DNA of 34,048 nt from an uncultured Lentisphaerota bacterium. Lineage in GTDB: Bacteria; Verrucomicrobiota; Lentisphaeria; Oligosphaerales; CAJXKU01. The stretch is from the NCBI GenBank assembly GCA_913055945.1, contig CAJXKU010000003.1:1-34048 (forward strand). Reading direction: 5' to 3'. The translations under genes were made by a program, and so were the position numbers. Positions 27,225 to 34,048 of the stretch are shown one piece after another; within the stretch, counting starts at the first letter, position 1; the number at the start of each line of letters is the position of its first letter. The notes under the pieces were generated by a model. It was not told the origin of the DNA. It saw nothing but the letters and a program-made list of their open reading frames with translations, and searched no databases.

Positions 27225-30200
27225 ATGGCAAATACAATTACCTCGCCCAAGGATTTGACCGCCATCAAAGAACGCTTCACCGCTGCACGATGTCCGAAGC
27301 AGGTATTGCTTTGCGCAGGGGCCGGCTGCGTGGCTTCAGGCTCCCAGGAAGTAAGCAAAGCGCTCAGCGAAGAGATACAGAAACACGAACTGGGTTCAGA
27401 GGTGGAGATCATTGAGTGCGGTTGCCTCGGATTGTGTGCACAGGGTCCTGTGGCTCTCGTCCAGCCCGACGGCGTATTCTACGAACAGCTCCAGCCGGAG
27501 GATGCTGCAGAAATCACTGAAAGCCATCTGAAAAACGGCACGGTTGTGGAGCGTCTGTTACACACAACCCCCGAAGGAAAAAAGGTTCCCGAGATCAACG
27601 AAATCCCCTTTTTCCAGAAACAACAGAAGTACGTTTTAAAAAATTGCGGCAACATTGACCCCAATGACATAGATGCCTACATCGCCAACGGCGGCTATAC
27701 GGCGTTAGCCAAATGCCTCACGGAAATGTCTCCGGATGAGGTTGTGGATACCGTTTACCAGTCCGGACTCCGCGGCCGCGGCGGCGCCGGCTTTCCGACA
27801 GGGCTGAAATGGCAGTTTACGCGAAAAGCAGAGGGTGATCAGAAATACGTGCTGTGTAACGCCGATGAAGGGGACCCCGGCGCATTCATGGATCGCAGTG
27901 TGCTGGAAGGGGATCCTCACAGCCTCGTTGAGGCCATGATGATCGCGGGTTACGCTGTGGGAGCCAGCCGGGGCTTTGTTTATGTCCGCGCCGAATACCC
28001 CCTTGCTGTCGAACGCTTGTCCCGGGCACTGGAACAGGCGCGTGAGTACGGCCTGCTCGGACAAAACATTATGGGCCATGATTTCACCTTCGATCTTCAG
28101 ATCCGCATGGGCTCAGGCGCGTTTGTCTGCGGCGAAGAGACAGCCCTGATGCGCTCCGTCGAGGGGAAACGCGGAGAACCCCGCCCCCGCCCGCCATTCC
28201 CGGCAAACAAGGGGCTTTGGGAAAAACCCAGCCTCCTGAACAATGTGGAAACCTATGCCAACGTACCGCAGATCATCCTTAACGGAGCGGAATGGTTCCA
28301 GAACATCGGGACCGAAAAAAGCAAAGGCACCAAGGTATTTGCCTTGGCCGGATCGGTCACATACTCGGGACTGATTGAAGTTCCCATGGGGACCGAACTC
28401 GGCGACATCGTCTACGACATCGGCGGCGGAATTCCGAATGATAAGGAATTCAAGGCCGCCCAGATCGGAGGACCGTCCGGTGGTTGCATCCCGCGGGCAA
28501 ACTTAAGCGTGCCCGTAGATTACGAATCCCTGAGTGAACTCGGGGCGATTATGGGATCCGGCGGACTCGTCGTTATGGACGAAGATTCCTGTATGGTGGA
28601 CATTGCCCGCTTCTTCCTAGAGTTTGTTCAGGAGGAATCGTGCGGCAAATGTACGCCCTGCCGAGTCGGCACCAAACGTATGCTGGAAATGCTGGACCGC
28701 ATCTGTCACGGTCAGGGCGAGGACGGCGATCTTGAAAAACTCGAACAACTGGGCCGCGTAATCACCGACACGGCCCTTTGCGGCTTAGGTCAGACCGCGC
28801 CGAACCCGGTTCTGTCCACAATACGCCACTTCCGCGACGAATACATTGCCCATATCCGGGATAAGCAGTGTCCAGCCAGCTTGTGTCCGGCCCTGGTACG
28901 GGCGCCATGCCAGAACGAATGTCCTGCCAGTGTGGACGTACCCGGTTTCCTCTCATTGATCGGGGAAGAAAGATACAACGAGGCCCTCCGGTTGCACCGG
29001 GAGCGGAATCCGTTCGCAGTGGTATGCTCGAGGGTCTGCCCGAACCCCTGCGAGTCCAAATGCCGCCGGCATACAATGGACGGCGCAGTAGCCGTGCGGC
29101 ATGCCAAAAGATTTATGGTTGATCAGGAAGCCTCAGTTGAACTCCCTGAAGTCCGGGACAACGCGGAAAACGCCTCGCGGAAGATTGCGCTTGTCGGCGG
29201 CGGCCCGGCAAGCTTGGCATGTGGCTACTTTCTCGCCCGGCTGGGGTATAAGCCGACGCTTTTTGAAGCGGAAGAGTACTTGGGCGGCATGATGATGCAG
29301 GCCATTCCTGCTTACCGGCTCCGGCGCGAGCCGCTGGGCTATGAAATCTGGATGATTAAACGCATGGGGGTTGACATTAAAACGCCGATGAAGCTGGGCG
29401 AAGATTTCACGCTTCAGAGTCTTAAAGACGAAGGCTACGACGCAGTGTTTCTAGGTGTGGGGGCTCCGGATGGTATGGCTCTTAAACTCGACGGAGACGG
29501 CAGAGCTGAGGACGATGTCGTGGATGCACTGAACTTTCTGCGGGATTACAACATCCGCTACGGCAGCAAACAGACCGATGAACACGGTAACAGAATCGCA
29601 GTCGTGGGCGGAGGCAACGCCGCCATTGACGCCGCCCGCACTTCCCTCCGTCTCGGCGCTGAAAAGGCCACCGTCATTTATCGGCGTTCACGCGGAGACA
29701 TGCCGGCGTACAACGAAGAGATCGAAGACGCGATCGAGGAAGGTGTAGACCTGGAACTGCTTACCAACCCTGAAGAGGTTATCAGCTCCGAAGACGGCAG
29801 CATCCATGGGGTAAAATGCCGCCGCATGAAACTCGGAAATTTCGATAAGAGCGGCCGCAGACGCCCCACCCCTACGGACGAAATGGTCACCGTGGAGGCG
29901 GATAAAATCATTGCGGCTATCGGACAGAACGTGAATGCCGACCAGCTCGTTTCCCCGGAACAGGTGACATTGACGGAGAATGGCCGCATTCAGGCGGACG
30001 CCGTCAACGGACAGACCTCATTGCCGTGGGTATTCGCAGGAGGCGATTGCGTAACCGGCCCCGCATCAGTCATCGAGGCTGTGGCGGCCGGTGAACGAGC
30101 CGCTGTCGGCATCGACGAATACCTCACGGGGGAAAACCATGCATTCTGGCGGGAAGAAAAACCGGTGGACACTCACGTCGATCCGGATGCGGATCCGTTC

Positions 30201-30347
30201 CCTGACGCTCGTATCGATATCCCAAAAGTGGCGGCGGAACACCGTGCCGACAGTTGGGAAGAAATTGAACAGACCTGGGACAGACGCTTAGCCGTCCGCC
30301 AGGCGAAACGTTGTTTACGGTGCGATTACCGTCCGGAAGAAAATTAA
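27225..30347 (+). CDS. hydB: NuoF-like flavoprotein subunit HydB fused to a GltD/NfnB-like FAD/NADP(H) oxidoreductase module
   Basis: Thioredoxin-like [2Fe-2S] N-terminus (CAGAGC...CLGLC), SGLRGRGGAGFPTG, NADEGDPGAFMDR, GAFVCGEETAL, GGPSGG and ESCGKCTPC. Then PCQNECP, CSRVCPNPCESKC, GGGPAS, GGGNAAIDAAR, YRR, AGGDC and a terminal RCLRC. Confidence 0.88.
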   Translation: MANTITSPKDLTAIKERFTAARCPKQVLLCAGAGCVASGSQEVSKALSEEIQKHELGSEVEIIECGCLGLCAQGPVALVQPDGVFYEQLQPEDAAEITESHLKNGTVVERLLHTTPEGKKVPEINEIPFFQKQQKYVLKNCGNIDPNDIDAYIANGGYTALAKCLTEMSPDEVVDTVYQSGLRGRGGAGFPTGLKWQFTRKAEGDQKYVLCNADEGDPGAFMDRSVLEGDPHSLVEAMMIAGYAVGASRGFVYVRAEYPLAVERLSRALEQAREYGLLGQNIMGHDFTFDLQIRMGSGAFVCGEETALMRSVEGKRGEPRPRPPFPANKGLWEKPSLLNNVETYANVPQIILNGAEWFQNIGTEKSKGTKVFALAGSVTYSGLIEVPMGTELGDIVYDIGGGIPNDKEFKAAQIGGPSGGCIPRANLSVPVDYESLSELGAIMGSGGLVVMDEDSCMVDIARFFLEFVQEESCGKCTPCRVGTKRMLEMLDRICHGQGEDGDLEKLEQLGRVITDTALCGLGQTAPNPVLSTIRHFRDEYIAHIRDKQCPASLCPALVRAPCQNECPASVDVPGFLSLIGEERYNEALRLHRERNPFAVVCSRVCPNPCESKCRRHTMDGAVAVRHAKRFMVDQEASVELPEVRDNAENASRKIALVGGGPASLACGYFLARLGYKPTLFEAEEYLGGMMMQAIPAYRLRREPLGYEIWMIKRMGVDIKTPMKLGEDFTLQSLKDEGYDAVFLGVGAPDGMALKLDGDGRAEDDVVDALNFLRDYNIRYGSKQTDEHGNRIAVVGGGNAAIDAARTSLRLGAEKATVIYRRSRGDMPAYNEEIEDAIEEGVDLELLTNPEEVISSEDGSIHGVKCRRMKLGNFDKSGRRRPTPTDEMVTVEADKIIAAIGQNVNADQLVSPEQVTLTENGRIQADAVNGQTSLPWVFAGGDCVTGPASVIEAVAAGERAAVGIDEYLTGENHAFWREEKPVDTHVDPDADPFPDARIDIPKVAAEHRADSWEEIEQTWDRRLAVRQAKRCLRCDYRPEEN

Positions 30348-30363
30348 GCAGGGAGATACGACA

Positions 30364-32136
30364 ATGCTTACGGCTTATATCAACAACCAGGAAATCCAAG
30401 TCCCGGAAGGAACAACTATTCTGCAGGCCGCGTCTCAGCACGGCATCAGAATTCCCACACTGTGCTACCTGGAGAATCTCCAGGCCATCGGCGCATGCCG
30501 CGTATGTATGGTCGAAGTGGAAGGTGCCCGCAACCTCCTGGCTTCATGCGTTACTGAGGTCAAGGACGGCATGAACATCAAAACCAACACTCGTCGGGTG
30601 CGCGAAGCCAGGCGAAGTGTCGTGGAATTGATGCTTTCCGCCCACGACGGGGACTGTCAAACTTGTGAGCGCAACGACGACTGCGAATTACAGGAACTTG
30701 CCCGCGAACTCGGCATTAGAGAACTCACCTTCACCGGTGAAAAACGCGTCAAGATCGAAGATAACAGCACCCCTGCTCTGTCCCGCGATACGGGTAAATG
30801 CATTTCGTGTCAGCGCTGCATAGCGGTCTGCAACCAGATTCAGGGGGTTGATGCCCTGGCGCCGCAGGACAGGGGCTTTACAACGGTCATCGGGCCGGCC
30901 TTCTGCAGCACCCTTGACTCGGTCGCGTGCGTGCAGTGTGGACAATGCGCTGCCGTGTGCCCGGTGGGGGCCATCAGCGAAAAAGACCATGTCGATGATG
31001 TATGGGATGCCCTGGACGATCCCGACAAACACGTCGTGGTGCAGACGGCTCCGGCAATCCGTGCAGCACTCGGCGAATGTTTCGGCGAAGACCCCGGCAG
31101 TCTCGTGACCGGAAAAATGGTCGCCGCTCTAAGGCGCCTCGGTTTCGACCGCGTCTTTGATACCAACTTTACGGCGGATCTTACAATCGTGGAAGAAGGC
31201 AATGAGCTGCTGACCAGACTCAAACAGACACTTACGGGGGATGGTCAAGCAGTCCTGCCCCAATTCACCAGCTGTTGTCCGGGGTGGATCAAATATATGG
31301 AGTATTTCTACCCTGACATGCTCGAAAACCTCTCCACTTGTAAATCACCGCAACAGATGTTCGGGGCAGTCGCCAAAACCTATTACGCCGAACAGACAGG
31401 TGTGAATCCGGAGAATCTTTACGTTGTCTCCATCATGCCCTGTACCGCGAAAAAGTTTGAATGTGAACGCGAAGAGATGACAGACAGCGGTTACAAAGAT
31501 GTGGACGCTGTGCTCACCACACGGGAGTTGGGCCGCATGATGCAGCAGGCGGGCATAGAATTTGACACGCTTCCTGAAGAAAGACAGGACAGTCCCCTCG
31601 GCAACTCCTCGGGAGCGGCTGATATTTTCGCTAACACCGGAGGTGTGATGGAAGCAGCTCTCAGAACGGCATACGAGGTTGTGACCGGTCGTGAACTGCC
31701 TTTCGACGATCTCCGTGTAGAACCCATCGAATCGCTCGACGGGGTGAAAGCGGCATCAGTTTCTATCACGGATCCCGTCGAAGAATGGTCGTTCCTGGAC
31801 GGCGCCACGCTGAACATCGCCGTCGCGCACGGCCTGGAAAATGCGAATAAGGTCATTCAGCAGGTCAAAAACGGCGAAGCCGAGTACCACTTCGTGGAAG
31901 TTATGACGTGTCCCGGCGGATGCATCGGCGGCGGCGGACAACCGCGGTTTACCGACGACAAGGCACGGCAGCGCCGAATCGACGCTATCTTCAAGGAAGA
32001 TGAACAGAAAGAACACCGCAAATCACACGAAAACCCCGAAATTGTTCAGATTTACCAGGACTTCCTTTCAGAACCGCTGGGGCACAAGTCCCATGAACTG
32101 CTTCACACTGAGTACACAGAGCGCGAGGTGATGTGA
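30364..32136 (+). CDS. hydA: [FeFe]-hydrogenase catalytic subunit (group A, multimeric type)
   Basis: [2Fe-2S], His-ligated [4Fe-4S] (HDGDCQTC..C) and 2x[4Fe-4S] motifs. H-cluster motifs TSCCPGW, MPCTAKKFE and EVMTCPGGCIGGGGQP; C-terminal SHELLHT. Confidence 0.96.
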   Translation: MLTAYINNQEIQVPEGTTILQAASQHGIRIPTLCYLENLQAIGACRVCMVEVEGARNLLASCVTEVKDGMNIKTNTRRVREARRSVVELMLSAHDGDCQTCERNDDCELQELARELGIRELTFTGEKRVKIEDNSTPALSRDTGKCISCQRCIAVCNQIQGVDALAPQDRGFTTVIGPAFCSTLDSVACVQCGQCAAVCPVGAISEKDHVDDVWDALDDPDKHVVVQTAPAIRAALGECFGEDPGSLVTGKMVAALRRLGFDRVFDTNFTADLTIVEEGNELLTRLKQTLTGDGQAVLPQFTSCCPGWIKYMEYFYPDMLENLSTCKSPQQMFGAVAKTYYAEQTGVNPENLYVVSIMPCTAKKFECEREEMTDSGYKDVDAVLTTRELGRMMQQAGIEFDTLPEERQDSPLGNSSGAADIFANTGGVMEAALRTAYEVVTGRELPFDDLRVEPIESLDGVKAASVSITDPVEEWSFLDGATLNIAVAHGLENANKVIQQVKNGEAEYHFVEVMTCPGGCIGGGGQPRFTDDKARQRRIDAIFKEDEQKEHRKSHENPEIVQIYQDFLSEPLGHKSHELLHTEYTEREVM

Positions 32137-32305
32137 TAGATTACTCGTGAAGACCCGCCGCAGTGGCTGCTTACACCTTTGACCGGTTCAGCCCCGTAAA
32201 TGCGGACAATATCGCCCGAGAGGCGGGATACAGCGTACCGGACAACCCGTGAGGCTCCAACAAGACGGCGTAGGACAGAGGAAGGAAACCATAGGAGAAA
32301 ACGAA

Positions 32306-32701
32306 ATGAGCGAAGACAAGCTCACCATACTTCTCGTGGACGATGATGTTGATTTTATCGAGGTGAACAAAGTTTTCCTTGAGCAGGAAGGCTACGAAGT
32401 CTTGACAGCCCATAACAGCAAACAGTGTATGGATGTCCTGAAAGAACAGAAACCCGACGGCATGATCATCGACGTGATGATGGATTACAAAAGTGAAGGC
32501 TTCGACCTTGCTCGAGATCTACGTCACTCAGAAGAGTATAAGGACATTCCGCTGATTATGCTGACGTCCGTAAACAGCCAGTTTCCGTATGACTTTGAAC
32601 CTCACGGAACCTGGCTTCCGGTCGATATCTTTCTGGAAAAACCGATAGAGGGCGACAAACTCGCCGAACAGGTAAACAAACAATTAAAATCCGAGTCATA
32701 G
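32306..32701 (+). CDS. Single-domain response regulator (receiver only)
   Basis: ILLVDDD, IDVMM (phospho-Asp), MLTS and EKP motifs; AGGAG precedes ATG 32306. Confidence 0.88.
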   Translation: MSEDKLTILLVDDDVDFIEVNKVFLEQEGYEVLTAHNSKQCMDVLKEQKPDGMIIDVMMDYKSEGFDLARDLRHSEEYKDIPLIMLTSVNSQFPYDFEPHGTWLPVDIFLEKPIEGDKLAEQVNKQLKSES

Positions 32702-32705
32702 CGTC

Positions 32706-33554
32706 ATGTATAAGATTCTAACAAAAGAAACGATTGCGCAGGATACGTACCGCATGAAGATCGAGGCACCGCTTATCGCTGAAGAGCGGGAGCCGGGACA
32801 GTTTGTCATCCTTTCCGTTCATGGAGAATACGGCGAACGGATCCCCTTAACAATCGCGGATGCGGACAGCAGGGAAGGCAGTATTACTGTAATTTTCCAG
32901 GTGGCGGGCTATTCCACAAGCGAACTGGCCAAGCTGAACCCGGACGACCACGTGCCTGTGCTCCTGGGGCCACTCGGACATCCGACACACATAGACCGTT
33001 TCGGTCATGTGGTATGTGTGGCCGGAGGTATAGGGGCGGCGCCTCTTTACCCCATTGCTGAAGCCCTCCGTGAGAACGGAAATACAATCACGACCATTCT
33101 CGGGGCCCAGTCCAAAGACATGATGATCCTGGAAGAAGAGATGAGATCGCTCAGCGATGAAACCATTGTGTGCACAGACGACGGCACCTATGGCAGAAAG
33201 GATGTCGTTACCGGACCTCTGGAAGAGATTTGCGCAAGCGACCGCACGCCGGATCTGGTTGTCGCCGTCGGTCCGCCGGTCATGATGAAATTCTGCGCTG
33301 AAACCACCAGACCTTACGGAATCAAAACAATGGTTTCGCTCAACACTATCATGATCGACGGTACAGGCATGTGCGGCGGTTGTCGCGTAACAGTCGGCGA
33401 GGAAACAAAATTCACTTGCGTAGACGGACCGGAGTTCGATGGACATCAAGTGGACTTTGACGAGATGATAAACCGCTTAAACGCCTATACAGACCACGAA
33501 CAGGACGCCCTCGAACGTAAGCCCCACTCCGGTTGCTGCCAGTCTGCAGGTTAA
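32706..33554 (+). CDS. nfnA: NfnA/SudB-like FAD/NAD-binding [2Fe-2S] subunit
   Basis: PGQFVIL, GERIPLTIAD, GPLGHP, AGGIGAAP, TDDGTYG, GPPVMMKF and MIDGTGMCGGCRV...FTCVDGPEF (Asp/Cys3 [2Fe-2S] motif of NfnA/SudB). Confidence 0.88.
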   Translation: MYKILTKETIAQDTYRMKIEAPLIAEEREPGQFVILSVHGEYGERIPLTIADADSREGSITVIFQVAGYSTSELAKLNPDDHVPVLLGPLGHPTHIDRFGHVVCVAGGIGAAPLYPIAEALRENGNTITTILGAQSKDMMILEEEMRSLSDETIVCTDDGTYGRKDVVTGPLEEICASDRTPDLVVAVGPPVMMKFCAETTRPYGIKTMVSLNTIMIDGTGMCGGCRVTVGEETKFTCVDGPEFDGHQVDFDEMINRLNAYTDHEQDALERKPHSGCCQSAG

Positions 33555-33761
33555 TCCTCCGCCGGTGTCACCCAACGGCCGCCTCAGCTGAGACTATCCC
33601 GGAACATCTTTGAGTAGGCCACGAAACGGCTCCACGCGGCTACCCATGACCGCGACCCCGTGGCCCCCCGGATACACCAGCATATATGTATCCCGAAACA
33701 CGCACGCGTGATGCCTGGACGTCCATGCATATCTTGCGATCTAACAGGACGACGGGATTAC

Positions 33762-34048
33762 CGGAACTCAAGCGCATCCCCTCGATTTTCGCGACAAGCC
33801 GGATACCTGAGCATGCAGTCTTTTGCAGAGGAATTGCATTCAGCATGTCGTAATGCATCCATGCTGTAATCGTCACGCTGGACGCAGTCCCTCGTATGAG
33901 AGAACTGCGTTCAGCCTGTCAAACTGCGTTCAGGAATTACATTCAGCATGTCATAAGTATCCAGGCTGTAATCGTCACGCTGGACGCAGTCCCTCGTATG
34001 AGACTCGCCGGGTAAAGATCCGGCTGAAGCCGGAACTACAAGCAATTG
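33762..34048. repeat. Mosaic repeat cluster 4: E 5' part fused to partial C - hinge - C - hinge - REP (runs off the window)
   Basis: E-like 33762-33838, partial C 33829-33890, CTCGTATGAG at 33891 and 33993, full C 33902-33992 and REP hairpin 34020-34039. Confidence 0.9.

Noticed and set aside
26505-30347. Respiratory complex I nuoE/nuoF or glutamate synthase gltD
   Set aside because: There are no other nuo genes and no gltB. The adjacent H-cluster protein shows these are hydrogenase subunits.
32706-33554. PyrK (dihydroorotate dehydrogenase electron-transfer subunit)
   Set aside because: It has the MxDGTGMCGGCR Asp-ligand motif and ERIPLTIAD of NfnA/SudB rather than the PyrK CGxGxC pattern, and no pyrD is adjacent.

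Overview
34 kb chromosomal window from a Gram-negative anaerobe. A PVC-superphylum or halotolerant organism is possible but is only inference. Gene content in order: a cell-envelope/lipid operon (lpxB 3' part, NAD kinase, plsY, gpsA, YdjY-like protein, murA, ArnT-like glycosyltransferase), an O-antigen-ligase-like gene, a PabB-PabC fusion, two tandem paralogous PAS histidine kinases, a beta-barrel outer-membrane protein, a NifA-like GAF-AAA+-HTH activator followed by sigma54-driven glnA, a heparinase II/III-like lyase, and an [FeFe]-hydrogenase operon with tandem Rex-like boxes. Two things stand out. (1) HydB/NuoF has a permuted GltD/NfnB-like NADP(H) module in place of its usual C-terminal ferredoxin domain, and an orphan nfnA lies in the same operon, suggesting a directly wired Hyd-Nfn complex. 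(2) Most long intergenic regions are mosaics of at least seven small non-coding elements. Several are joined through a common hinge, GTCTCATACGAG, and include REP-like hairpins with clear stem covariation. No transposase is visible in the window. No rRNA, tRNA or CRISPR array was recognised.
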